Shown here: piece after piece, positions 1 through 13,800 of the stretch | How the letters are laid out: each line of letters opens with the position of its first letter | Position numbering within the stretch: the stretch's first letter is position 1 | Assembly (NCBI RefSeq): GCF_000143415.4 | Contig: NW_003314287.1 | Span: 518,203 to 582,202, forward strand | Origin: Selaginella moellendorffii | Lineage: Eukaryota; Plantae; Lycopodiophyta | Reading direction: 5' to 3' | DNA length: 64,000 nucleotides | Program-made: the position numbers and the translations under genes | The notes under the pieces: generated by a model | Seen by the model: the letters and a program-made list of their open reading frames with translations, nothing else | Told to the model about the DNA's origin: nothing | The model's database searches: none

Positions 1-1849
1 TATATATATCCCCTAATAAGCAACCATGAGGGATTGCACTAGACTTTGTCATGTGTGAGAACCTATGATCAAATCGCTACTGAAGGCTCCAATGTAATGC
101 TTAGTATCGATAACTACTATGAGAAAGAGAACCAAAGAGAAAACAAAAAAAAAAGGAAGGAAAAGTTTTAGAGTTCTAAGATCAATGGAAAACTATGTGG
201 GGAAATCTTGACCATAGAACTAAGAGCTCAAACCCAAGAAAAGTGGAAGAAATAAGAAAAACAATGAAAAAAAGAGAAAAACAAAGAAAAAGGAGTAAGA
301 ATCCAAGAGGGAACAAAGCACTAATCTGGACTATAGCCTTTAAGGTGTCTAAACCTTTTGAATGTTCCTTAAATATGGCCCAAGCTTGCTTTCAAAGTTC
401 TAAGGAAAATGGAAAAAAAGTGAATATGTTGCCCGGTTTGGGATGTGCAGTGGAATGGAAAGATTGCAGCCATAGTGATGGATGATGAGTGGAATGGTTG
501 GCTGACTTGAATGGACTGGTAGTGAAGGGGGTCTTATAGTATATGATGATCATCAAAGTTTCTAGCAGCATGTGTGATTATCATTGGAGAAGAAAAACCT
601 TGTAACTAGTGGTGGCATCTACATGGATCACTACATCTTATTGTGTCTGTGCAGGATCAGGAAATAATATTTGCCCATTTGTAGTGCTTGGCTTCATACC
701 ATAGCTAGGGGCTTCCAACTAGTTAAAATCAGTTCAGTAATTGCTAAGAGAGTGTTGCATCGATAGAGTTTGCTCCATATTTTGAGTTTTATGAGTCAAA
801 AAAGGTTACTTCTTGTTGCATCTATTGCATATAAGGATAAAAGATAATGCAATGTAAAGATTTTCCCAAATGGATGTGTTTATAGTGAGATAAGTGGAGA
901 AAATTGAATAGGGCAAATGTTGGAAGTGATGCACAAAGGTGTAGTGAATTTAGGAATGAGAAAATGATGATTGTGAATGACTCAAAATGATGGTAATGAT
1001 GTGTGGATGGACATGATGTAGAGAAGAACCTGGAAACTGTGGGAGAAAAGCTGGGAAATGAATGAGCTCCCAAAAAATTAGAGTTGATGCCACCTCATAA
1101 CTGAAATCCAAACCCAAGCCTACTATCACAAGGATACAAGTCCTAGAAAGGCAATAGAAAATAGCGAAACAAAGAAAAGAAAAGAAAAACAAAGAAAAAA
1201 AAGAAGNNNNNNNNNNNNNNNNNNNNNNNNNNNNNNNNNNNNNNNNNNNNNNNNNNNNNNNNNNNNNNNNNNNNNNNNNNNNNNNNNNNNNNNNNNNNNN
1301 NNNNNNTGCCATGATTGCGTCAGGTGATTCTAGTGGGCTAGTGTCACCTTTTTGTGCTGGAAATGGTGGAGAAGAAAACCTAACTACTGTAGGAATGAAT
1401 TTGCCATTGTTGCCACCTTTTGCAAGTAGTGATTGTGAGAGCTTTGCATATGTGATGTGGCTCATTCAGCTGCTCTATATGAGTGTGCAGGACCCTGGAA
1501 TATACCTCCAGAAGGTCTAGAGAAGGTTTCATAACTGGAAACAAGCTTTGAATCATTAGTAATGTGTTCGCATCCAAGCTCACAAAGTCACATGATACAG
1601 TACATGTGCCTTGAAGGATTTCTTGTAAATATAAGGTAAATACAGCATCATAGACAATATGGTGGACATGATCTCTAACAGAAAACAAAACATTCCTCTC
1701 CACAATCTCAAATTCTAACACTGATGCAAATGCCCACGATGCTTTCTCATATCAAAGAGTAGGGATCTTGTCTGGTGGCCATGGCTACACATCTTTGGGC
1801 TGGTCCTGACTCTCCATGTGCTCAAAAGGTGCCTTGTCTGCTCCCAAGG

Positions 1850-4000
1850 GCATGTTCAAGTTGGCATCATAAGTCTTGATGAAAGATAGAGAACGAGAGC
1901 TGGTAAGAACCATATCTGACACCTTTGGCTACATGAAGGGAGCTTGTAGAGTGTCCTTCCCCCTCCATCCTGACTTGAGGCAGAAAAGTCAGTCCAAAAA
2001 GCTGCCATTACATTGTTACTCTCTTCCTCCTTAGGCATTTGCAGAATTTATGGAATCTTGACTAGATCTCGTGTTTCCTAGAGCCCAAGCAAGTGTGATT
2101 GGTCACAGTAAATAGATGAGGAGTCCAAGGGTGAGATTTTCCAGATAGGATGAAAAAGGCCAATCATGTTACACTCTAGCATCTCAAACTTCGATATGGT
2201 ATCACTTTTCGGACTCGTTGGCCAAGATGGAGACTCTAGTTTAGCTAATGTCAATTGTGACACTTTTTGGGATTCCAAAGCCTGTCCTTTTGCATTGAGG
2301 ATGGTCACTTGCTCAGAGTCTCACCCAATCTGCATTCGGCCATACTCAAAGTTGAAGGAGCAAAGAGCTGTGTCTAGCCATGGCTGGCTGAGGATCACTG
2401 ATAGCACCTATGAGGATGCTCCCAAAGAAACATAGTCCACAATCAAAAAGTCAATTATAGATTCGTGGCCATGAACGAAAACAGGGATATCACGATAAAT
2501 CCCTACTGGATTGACTGCGTGATCAACAAAGGTCTTCAATACAACAATTGAGCAAGTGACTTCTTCAGTACTTCAGTACTCATTGATCCCAATACCTGCT
2601 TGTTGAGCCACTATCAAGGGGAGGATGTTGGTGGCCAAGCCTAGGTTGGCAAGAGCTTGCACATTGATGACCACAATTGTTGCTGAGACAATAAATGTGC
2701 TTGGATTGAGAGAAACTCTAGCATTGATGATCAGAATGGGAGCTATGTTTGGGGTTGGAGAGGAAGTCGCACCACCAAGAGTGCACACTAAAGTTTTAAT
2801 TTGCTGCCAAAATCCTGGGAATTAGCAACAAAGTTCTCCAGCAATTATTGTAATTAGTGTTGCCAAGACCTAGAGTGCTCTCTAGTCATGTAGTTGCTAG
2901 TATCCTACTAATGATGATGCCAATGAATTTGTTATTTGTAAAGAGCTGCTTCTACACATGCTAAGGGTGTTGGGGTCAAAGTTTTGGATGGAGTTTCCAA
3001 CACCTTGCAGTGTTGTGTGCATTGGCTTTGCATTCCTCACACCACCAGTGATGTTATCAAGCTTGGTCTGCATCCTAAATGCTCATAGCTCCTCCACAAG
3101 CTTCTCCTACTGCTGGCCTTGTTGCTACACAAGTGCTTGGTACTCCTTTACCTTATTATGTGCCGACTCAATTGCTATGGGCATCTTGTCCTCAACAACA
3201 TATACTAGCTGGGCAATGGCACATACCTAGGCCTGGAACCCTGGTTGAGAGTGAATGTCATGGTTCATGCCAAGCTGAAAGAGCATGTCCTTCTCCACCT
3301 CTAAGACATGGTCAAATGCTGCTTCACAAGTTTCATATTGCCACTTTTTGTGCTGCACTCTGGGCTTGAGTCATTGGATGAATGCCAACACCACGGGCTT
3401 CTCATCTGCTATGATCCTCTAAAGCAAGTAGGCACACCAATGCTTCCTAAACCGGATAGTGTAGTCACCAACACTCTCTTGTAGCATTTGCCAAAATGAA
3501 AATAAGCCCATGTAGAGTTGTTGGTTAGTTTTCTCCACTCCAAACTGCTTCAAGAACATGTCAATCATCGTAGACAATGACCATCACTCATTTGGAAGCA
3601 AGGAAGATGCCTAATTTTCTACTCTTGCTTTCAAGGATTTCAAGAATAGTTCCGAAGACACAACATATTTGGTGATTTGATTGTACCTCAAGTAAGCTTG
3701 AAACTTATCAACATGATTATGAGACAAAACTCCTAATCCAAGATAGAACTTTGGTTGTGTGAAAACGTGTTGTAGAGTATCTTTTTGTGTCCCTGCAGTA
3801 GGATCTGTCTCAAGAAAGTCAATCTCCAAAGGCACCACAAAAACTATATTCTCCTCCAAGTCGAGCATTTTTGGAATCTCAAGAATCTTGCTTGGATATT
3901 TTGCCTCCTTAAGCCTGAGTGAGTACGGTGATGTAGAGTGGATGAAGGAGAAGTTGAGGGACAAGGTTGTCCAATCCATTTGTAAAAAATCAATCATGCT
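1850..4000 (-). mobile_element. Heavily degenerate LTR-retrotransposon gag/protease region
   Basis: Broken minus-strand ORFs 3611-4081 (gag-like) and 2573-2788 (protease-like VQALANLGLATNILP). A similar gag stretch recurs at ~36830-37250. Boundaries approximate. Confidence 0.5.
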
Positions 4001-4133
4001 GCATCGCAAAGATTGAGACTCCATTGTTTGACAAAGAAGCAATAGATTGTTGTGGAGAGGAGCTTGGTGGTGCTTTTGCAACCTCAGCCACTTCCTAGGA
4101 TGCCAAGGCTTGCCCCTTAATATTGAGAACTAT

Positions 4134-5110
4134 TGTAAGTGGCTAAATTTTTCATTCCACTTTAGTTACTTAACCACACCTCAATCACTTAAAGGAGTCT
4201 CATTCACCACCTCCATATATTTTATTCTTAATTTGGGGATATACTAACCTCATGAATGGCATTTATGCCACTTAGCTTTTGCACTTGGTCCAAATGCTCT
4301 ACATGTTCGATCCCACAATAAACACCTAAAGTTACCATTGACATATTAGCTTGTTACACTAAAGTTATATCTATTCACCTTTGTTTGGGGGTAGTCAAAG
4401 ACCATATATACCATAGTCTCATCTCCCAAAGATTGGGCCATTTGTCTATGAGTGGTTATCCCATGACCACACTTTAGCATTTTTAAGATGCTTAAAGACA
4501 TAGAGAACACCATTTTCTAATATCCCTTCTTCAGTCTTCATTAAGTCCCTTTTTGTCCATGGTTGTGCTTGCTAACATTGACACTGGGTTAGGACCTGAA
4601 GGTCTAACCACTAAGTCCCATTGACCTCTAGGACTTCCTTGCCAAGTGACCATATCCTTAGTCACTACACATGAAGATTGCTCTTCTTCTTTTCCCCTAA
4701 GACTTTAGGACAACATTTCAAAACACTACAACCCAGCGTAAGCCCTATGGGTACTTTCCTGCCTTTGGGTGCATTAGCCATATGGCTAGAGCAAGGTTGC
4801 GATGAGCCACACCAAGTATCCAAGTAGGTAGTGCCACCCACACTTGGATTGGGAGCATTGACCATTCGATCTCCCATGAGAAATAGAGATGGCTTTTGAA
4901 CACTTTACCAAATTACCCCATTTGTCCATCCATCTTCACTCTAGCTTTAGACTCTTCAATGGTTGTATTATCACCCACAACATGGGTATAGTCTTCCTTG
5001 GTCACATTGGCCTTTTCTAGCCAAACTACTATCCTTTTAAAGCTCACCAAACCCTTTAGGATTTGGGAGATGATTGCTTTGGGCTTTCACCTTTGAACTC
5101 AAATTTGAAC
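4134..5110 (+). mobile_element. Partial LTR (family Z)
   Basis: Starts TGTAAGTGGCTAAATTTTTC and is the reverse complement of the 44215-45571 LTR over ~750 bp. Right end approximate. Confidence 0.6.
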
Positions 5111-5139
5111 TTGGTCATGGTCTCAATGATAGACAACAC

Positions 5140-5780
5140 AGTAGCATTCTAAAAATTACTGATCTAAGAGAAGTCAAAGGTTACTTCTTGGTTCGTGGCT
5201 ACAAATGGTTTGCCAATAGGATAGCAATTCCAAGTGGAAGATGCCCACAAGTGCTCGGAATTTGGAACGTTGGAGACAGTGGCACACCTCCTCTAGGAGT
5301 GTGATGTGGCAAGAGAAATATGGAGACAAGTAGCAAGGGAACTCATAAACAAACATGATTTTAAAATATGTGAAGGGGATATCACTCAATGGTTCTTAGA
5401 AGCAAAGGGGCTATGCACAGGTTGTTTGGTGGAGGATTGGTTGCTGGAGTCATTCAAGCTAGGATACTTGAGTCATGTGGGACCCTATAGGAGCATACCT
5501 GTAGGAGCAAAGATTGGGACTACAATATGGATAGATTAGATGGGAAATATGGCATGCATCCAAGGTACAAGCACTTTAGGAAGCTAGGAACCATAGCCAT
5601 TTTAAGGGATAAAATGCTCAGATATTGCTGATTATGGCCAACTGGTGGGGGCTCACATTGGCTGCTATTTGTCTTAGGGATACATTGCTCCAAGAGTACA
5701 GAATAAGAGAAGTGTTGAAGCTTGGCAATGACAATGGACCCCTTGTTATGGAGGAGAATATGAGGGAGGTATAAAATGGA
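5140..5780 (+). mobile_element. LINE (L1-like) ORF2 C-terminal fragment with zf-RVT
   Basis: Frameshifted translation gives ...SGRCP...ETVAHLL*ECDVAREIWRQV, the CCHC zf-RVT signature of plant non-LTR ORF2. Confidence 0.65.
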
Positions 5781-6692
5781 AATGGAGACCTATTTAGCTG
5801 TATAGAATCAGATCTAGAATTTATAAAATGGAAATGGAGATCTATTTATCTAATACCCTCATAATACCAAGCACCACTTTTAGATGTTTTAAAATGTTTA
5901 AATGTCCCAATGATGGACTTCTTTGACAATAAGCATTTCCTTTTACAACATTTATTCATTATATCGTAACATAAGTAATTTATTCCCCCAAGGGATGTAT
6001 TTAACTTTTTCCTTTTTATCCTAACAAAAATTTTCAAGGAGATTAACTAGTCCCATCAATTATACCATACATTTATTTAGTTGCATTGTAGTAATCAAGT
6101 CCTATAACTCATTGCTAATGCTTCCACACCTCTATCATTATTTGGGTTAATATACTCAAATTGCATACCTTCCAACTTAAGCTATACCAATCCCGTTTTT
6201 ATTAGGATTCCTTTAGAAAAGGGTTCTTATGAACCAACCAACTTAACCTCAAAATATTATCCCTTGAAACATTTGGGTGTCTCTATACTATTGGTTTTAT
6301 GAGCTTACCCTTAAGACACTTCCCACTTGTGTCTAGGTCTTTCCAAAACTATAGTAATCATTTTTTTATACTAGCCATTGATTAGTATTGCACTATAATA
6401 TTCACATACAACTCCTTACCAAAGTTGCTTTCTTTGTGAACATCTTACCACGACTTGAGATGGCACCTTCTGCCATCAATGAAATACCCACTATTTTCAT
6501 ATTTAGATTTCATGATCCTCCTAGTTTTTTATTAGGTATAACACATTTCCATCAAAATGGGATTCTTCCAAGCTTTTAGGACCATCTTTTGACTCTATTG
6601 AGTCATTCAACTTTTGGATTTTGTTAATCTGATATCCCATAAAGTCCTAATCTCTTGGGTACTTTTGAGGTGCCACCACCTTTGAATACAAT

Positions 6693-8440
6693 ATAAGTCA
6701 TAAATTTTTCTTTTCCAATTTGCCAACTTACATCATATATCTAATACTTTAGCCTTAGTTAAATTCCTTTGCTAAAGTCCCCATCTATTGCATCAACTAC
6801 TACTTAGTTCTACTTAGTTTTAACTATTCATTGCATAAGCAATGAAGTGTTAGCCATCCATTCACGGATTCCTAAATTCTCTCACAATCCCTCTCCTTGA
6901 GTTAGATTGGACTTAAAGTTCAGTTACACTCTCCATAGGCATAAGCAGCTAAGCATACTAAGCTTTTAGGTTCCTAACATCTCTTAGGACAATAAGACTT
7001 GATTATGGGACCTTCCAAATCCCAAGCTTTGGATGCATCTCTTACTTTAGGACCCTAGGGGGAAACACTATAGCCTAACAACTTGGTATGGGTACCTTAC
7101 TCCCCCATTTTCATCTTGAAGGGAAGGCCCAAGCTTTTACGAAGGAGCGAGGACCAATAAGCCGTATGATACTCAAGTTGAGCCGAAAGCACTACAATTA
7201 ATTTTCCTTCGGGGAGTGGGAGCTAGTTTTAAACATTTCCTTGGGTGGCCTCTTTCGCACCATTCGAATCCATGCTCATTTCCACCCAAGGCCTAACCCC
7301 TAGTTTCAACCTCAAATCAGTTTGGAAGCACTACTAGAGAGTTTCTTCGAGATTAGTTCCTATACCTCATTATCCCTACTATACTTTTGGAACCCCTTGC
7401 AACCCCTTCCCCCCTAGGAGACAATTGCTTTGAGCTTTCACCCCATGATCTGTATTGGTCTCAAATTGGATCTTGGACTCGATTTCAAATTCAACCTTAA
7501 ACTTGATTTTGGACTTGATTTTAGACTTGATCTTGGACTTGCCTTCAAACGTGATCTCAGACTCGGTCTTGGATCTGATCTCAAATCTCAAACTCAGTCT
7601 TGAACTTGGTTTTGAACTTGGTCTTAAAGTTGGTCTTAGACTCAATCATGGACTTAGTCTCATCCAATAAAGTCTTTATCCTTCTGGTCATGGTTTTAGG
7701 GATCTTTTAGCCTACAATACCTTGGGGAGTTGATTCCTTATAACTCTACTATCCATAAAAGAAGTTTAATACCCATATTGAATATCTCTTTTTAATCTTA
7801 CGACTTGTTAATTATGTCTCTAGGGGCATCCTTCCATTTAGTGGTGTGCCTAAGTCAACCTCCCCAACTAAGAGCATATAACACAAGTAAATGTCTCTAT
7901 GCCTCTCACCTCACTATACCTTAGTATGGGGTTGAGACTTGAACCCAACCTTGCTTTATTAGAGGGTTGGGATTTGAACCCAACCTCCATAGAATATAAT
8001 AATGGATTTGACATCCCCTCAATGCGTAGGGTGTAACTCCCTATGTTTGGTCAACTTAACTAAACCCATGTTAATTAGATTACCTTTAGCATGCCTTCGG
8101 GTCCTCACATATGACATTACTTTATTTCACAAATGGATATTTTAATTGAACTTTGCATAAGTACCTAAAGTTCTACCTTGCAAAAATTCTTTCACTAAAT
8201 CTTACGCATTTGGCAAATTTTCCTCCGATTCCTAAGTTGCTTCATAGAGTGGAAATCCTTTTTATTTTACATGGAACTTTTTCACTTTACATCCCTTCTA
8301 CTTGCTTTTACGTGCATTGAGGATGACTTCAACCTTTTATTCCTCCTCTTTTTAAATAACCTTAGATAAAGTTCTTACTTAGTCCTTGCAAAGTGGGCCT
8401 TTAAAGTATAGCTTGAGTAAGTTTACATAAAATATATTCC
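6693..8440 (-). mobile_element. Truncated, decayed chromovirus 3' end (LTR family W, 3' UTR, chromodomain remnant)
   Basis: 6693-7742 aligns with LTR 49607-50698. 7743-8440 aligns with 50699-51400 (PPT region, 3' UTR, chromodomain) with many C>T/G>A changes. Confidence 0.8.
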
Positions 8441-8454
8441 CCATCTCCCAGGGA

Positions 8455-10807
8455 ATAGTGTTTGTGCATGTTCTTATATTTGATACCTTGAGTGTACTTT
8501 TTTATTAGACAAATATATATAACTCGATGGCATAAGTTTAGTGTTTGGGTCTTGTAAAAGGTAAGTTGAAGAGTGATTGTTGGTTACTTACAATTAGTGA
8601 TTGGTTATAAAATTTGTTGAGGACTTTTAATACTTGCTTCACTCAATGAAGATTTATTAGTGATAGGTTTGTTTTACCATATGGTGTTGTAGAGGATTAT
8701 GTTGTTAAACTTATATGGTTTTTCCATATTAGCATGTCAACTCTACCTCTATCGATATTATTTTGTTGTGTTTAGTCTGTAGTGTTGGATTATATTAAGT
8801 TTTGGATATGGTGAATCACTCCTTAATGATATGTTATTTATAATTGAGTTTTGCTAAAGGATTGTTTTCAAATACTAAATTTCATGTCTTCAACTTTGGT
8901 GAACTTGGTTGCTAAAGAGTTTTGAGTGGTGATTCACTTTTGCTTTTTTCTAACTTTATTTTAATGTTGATAGTATTGAAGTGAAGCCTTGTTGTTAACA
9001 TTGTTGATATTAAAATTCAAATGAAATGAGATATCCCTCCATATGATTGATATTAAGTTTCATTATATTGATATTCATATATTTGCTAGTCAAACAACTA
9101 TGTTAATGTTAATATGAGTTAAATAGTAAATTGAGTTAATTGTGTTCTAAAAGAGATTGTTTAGTAGGGGTTGAGATTTGAGCTTTTCCCTAAAAAGTAA
9201 TTCAGTCGTAGGCTATGCTAACTTTACAAGAGGAAGAGTTAGTGATTGATATTGAAATGATTTAATCTTTATTAGATTTAAGTTAAAAATATATTAATCA
9301 TTGATGATTCATTTTATACTTATTATATGTCTTATTATAGATGGATTCATGGAGGATCGATTTAATAATCACTTGTTGAGCATATCTTCATTATGTTTGG
9401 CTTTTAAATTGACGCAGACATACTCTTAATTAACTTTTGCATTATGAAGATTGGCTTCTTCTTTGGCATTGACATTAATTCATGCAAAACTTGTAATCAT
9501 GTTAAAAGTTGTTGGGGAAAACATTTTGGCTCATTATTTTTTATGTTGAAATTAGTATTTGCATCTAGCAATCATTGATAATGATTGATTATTATCTAGG
9601 ATAATTGCTTATTCTTATCAAAGATTTTGCTTGATTATTATTGATGTAGAATGATTTATTATTCTTCAAGATGGTGGATTTTTTCTTCAATGATAATTAT
9701 ACATCTCTCATTGATAGGATGATTAATAATTTTTTATGATAGTTAATATTCTCTTTGATAGCTTTTGGATTTTTTGTGGTTTATTTTGGATTGGTCTCTT
9801 GTGTTTGAGACTTCAAGAAGGTTGTTAACATTTACTTAAGCAACTTNNNNNNNNNNNNNNNNNNNNNNNNNNNNNNNNNNNNNNNNNNNNNNNNNNNNNN
9901 NNNNNNNNNNNNNNNNNNNNNNNNNNNNNNNNNNNNNNNNNNNNNNGGTTAGTGTGATAATTGGTATAAATGTTGTGTATGTTAGTCTTTGCAACATTTA
10001 TTCTATTCTATTGGTTTTGATAGATTGGATGTTATTTTCTTTAAGTGATACATTTGCAAGCATTTTACTTGCTATTTGATGATACTTTATGTTTTTTGAG
10101 GTATTTGTAAGCAACCAAAGGGAACGACTTGAGAGACGATCTATAAAGGTTCAAATATAGAGGGAAAGGGCCGATGAACAAAAGTGCACCTCATTTTTCA
10201 ATTAGTCAAGGGTCTTGGGATATTTGGGGTTAAGTGTTCTTGGGTTTGAATAGTATTGGGTTAGGTGACTTTCCGGGAAGTCCAAATTCAAGACTTTATA
10301 GTATTTTATATAAGTTGTTTAGTATATTATTTGCAATCTTTAATAGTTAAGTTTTATCATTAAGTTTTTTTGATGATACACTAGCTATTGAATTTTGTTG
10401 GATGGTGAATTCTATAACTTTCACTTATAATAATCCTGGTGGTTCTTGTACTTTAATATTGATTTATTGGATGATAACTTATTTAAAATACTTTTGTGTT
10501 CTAATCTAAGATTTATTCATTGATAATTACATCTCTAAGATATCATTGTCTCTACCTTTGATATTGTCCATCTCTTGATCTTTAAGTTTGTGTCAATATA
10601 GGCAAATTGGCTTCAACACTTTGTATGTATGATGAAATCTCTAGTCATAGGGTAGCTATTGTTGACTGGTCATATTACCCACATCTCTCTCTATGTTTCT
10701 TATTTTGTTTAGAAGGGCATGGCTATGTAAACAACTCTAATTGTCTATTTACAATAGTCTATCTAAACCTTACCGACAAGTTTGATTTTTTTGTTTAGGA
10801 GGGTTAG
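8455..10807 (+). repeat. Internal repeat Y, copy 1 (inverted relative to 28430-30725)
   Basis: Colinear reverse-complement similarity to 28430-30725 (e.g. both translate VNNSNCLFTxVYLNLxD). More AT-decayed than copy 2, and contains a Cassandra solo LTR. Confidence 0.75.
10106..10300 (+). mobile_element. Cassandra-type solo LTR
   Basis: 195 bp, TGTAAGCAACC...TTTATA, matches both LTRs of the 51882-52464 TRIM. Flanked by 5-bp TSD GTATT (10101-10105 and 10301-10305). Confidence 0.9.
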
Positions 10808-13800
10808 TGTAGCGCACATGAATTTGGAGCCGAACTCTAAGCTCGTTGTGCTACGAAACAAAGGTCCAATACAATCCCACAAACACCAACTCCTTGTATC
10901 CAGCACCTACACACAAAATGGTGTCAGACGGTGTCTGACACAATACCGATAGCTTAACGCGAGGAGGGTACCCCACCAACTAAAGTAGTGTGGAGCTTGG
11001 GCTTAGACCCAAGCCAGATGTAGAACAAGGAGGGACACAGCCCAGCGAAAGCCAAATTAATGTCTTAGGTGGTCAAATATACATTCCAACCATTATCCCT
11101 ACTATACATTTGGAACCTCCTATAGCCCCCCCCTCCCCCGCCCCCTTTGAGGAACACATGCTTTGGGCTTTCACCCCAAACCTCCCTTAGTATCAGGAGT
11201 TAGTCTCTAGGACAAACTCAAAATTTACTAAATATGGAATATTCTTAGATTACAAATTTAGACACGGGATGAACACCATTGTATTCAAGCCAATCTCTAC
11301 ATTTTGTAGATATGCCAAATTAGCAAATCTAGACACTTTCCATAATTAACCAATAAAACGAAACGAGACCAATACAAAAGGCATGATAGTGAGGGTGTTT
11401 GGCAAATATAATAAGCTATCATCTAGTGAAAATTGAGGGACTAATCTCAATATCGCAAGGGTTTTTGATACTAGCAAGTGCAAGCCAATGACACGAGTTT
11501 TTCAAACCAGGTCGAGTATATTCAACAAGGAACACATAGGGTTCCTACTTTATGTTTATCCAATTTAAGTACAATGTCATTGACCAGTTTCTCAACTAGC
11601 TCAAGTGGGAACGATAAAGGGAAGCAACTGTACCAACCTCTTACCGTCATGGCAGTAAAGAAAGAATGCACATAAGGACTAGCCGACAAGTATCTTGTGA
11701 TACCCAAGATATTCCTTGGAATGACCACCATGAGCTTTGCGGGGCAAGAGAATCGTCTCGACCTCATACTCCATGTCACCATTCACAACTTTTGGACAGG
11801 GATGAATGTCCATAGAGCGATCCGCATCAACACGATATGGTGTTAGTAATTGATATGAAACATATCATGTACATGGAACAACTCATTCTGAAGATCCAAC
11901 CTATAGGATATATCACCAACTTGTGCCAATACCCAATAGGGCCTAACATATCTCGGTAATAGTTTTTGAAGTAAAGATCCCTTAACATTCAAGTTCCAGG
12001 AAGATAACCACACCTAATCTCCCACTTGATAGGATACATCCTGAGGATGCTGATACCTATTCTGAGCTTTGCCCATCGCTTCAGTAACTCTAGACTAACC
12101 TTGGTGTAGCTACTCTACATAAGTCTCAACGATTGGGACCAACACTTTGGACATTGGTTTTGGTACAACAATTAGTTGAGGAACCCACAAGCATTCCCTT
12201 GCAGCATCTCCCATAGAGAACAACCAATAGTGTTGTGAAATGTGTTGTTATAACAAATTTCTGCTATGTCCAAGTGCTCAACCTAGTCATGTTAGTCTGT
12301 CACGACATTGTACCACAGATAATCCTCAACTTGAGCATTCACATGTTCGATCTGTGGATGATAAGCCATACTAAACTTCAATTTGGTACAAAACAACTAG
12401 AATAGTGTGCCCCAAAACTTCCCCGTAAATCTCGAATCTTTATCCGAGATCATCTCTTCGGGAATACCATGAACCCGCACTACTTCATGGAAAAAGAGTT
12501 TTGTTGCTTGCTTCGCATTAATTGTTTCCACAATTGGAATAAAGTCTGCAATCTTTGACAACTGAATCCAGAACCACCATCAAAGTATCATAACCCTTAG
12601 ACTTTGGCAAACAAATGACAAAATCAAGTGTCACACTTTGAAATGGCCATTCTATGCTAGTGTTGGAATGCACTACAACTTTCCAACCTCCTTCTCAATT
12701 CTGCACTTACATTGTTGGCATATAGGGCAGGAATGGACATAATCCACTACATCACCTTCCATACCAAACAAAAAAAATCCCTTTTTCAATGAAGCAAGAG
12801 TCTTGCATTTTCCACCATGTCCTACTGCCAGAACATCATGATGTTCTTGTAGAAACAACTGTTGTAGATCTTTAGAGGGAAGATACAATCTTTCTTGCTT
12901 ATAGAATATAAGCCCATCTTGAATTGAGAAGTGAAGCTTCGCATTGGTTTGACTAGCAACTTTCGTTACTTCGCTACTAGGGTTTTGTTTCAACAGCTCT
13001 ACAGGGTGCAAGATTGCCTTCGCTAATGGATCACTTCTATACAAAGCCCAAACATTCTCCAACCAGTCCGATCTGATTGTTGATATTCTCTAGAATTGAG
13101 CCTAACAACTCAATGCATTTGGAACAACATTGTCTTTACCAGGTTTATAGATGATATCAATATCAAATTTAGCGAGCTTCTCTTGCCAATGAGCCTGCTT
13201 CGGCGTAAGCTTTGGTTGCGTAGCAAAATAGCTCAGTATGTTACTATCTATATAAGCCTTGGTATGTCCAATGTGCCAATGTTGACACTATAGCAAATAT
13301 CTCTTTCTTGTGTGTTGGCTATTTGCGTTAGGTTTCATCCAATTTCTTAGAGTAAAATGCAATGGGACAACCATATCACCTTAGTGTAACAATAACTACT
13401 TTGTCACAATCTTGCTACAACACAGCACCAATAGCATAACCAGATGCATCACAATGCACTTCAAAGAGTTTATTAGGATCCAAGATCCTAAGAATAGGAA
13501 CTGTAGTCAAGATCTCCTTCAACAATACAAAAGCACATTGACAAGCTGATGTCCAATGAAATAGTATATTACTCTTCATTAACTCAGTCAATGAAAGAGC
13601 AATTCTTGCAAAATTGCGGATAAACTTGCAATAGTATCCTGCCAAACATAGAAAGGAATGAATATCTGATATAGTGGTCAGGACTTCCCAAACTTCATCA
13701 CTTCCACCTTCTTTGGATCCACCTCAATTACGCCACCACCAACTATATATTTAAGAAAGTTTACGCACAATTGTCCAAAAGCACATTTACTTTCCTTTGC

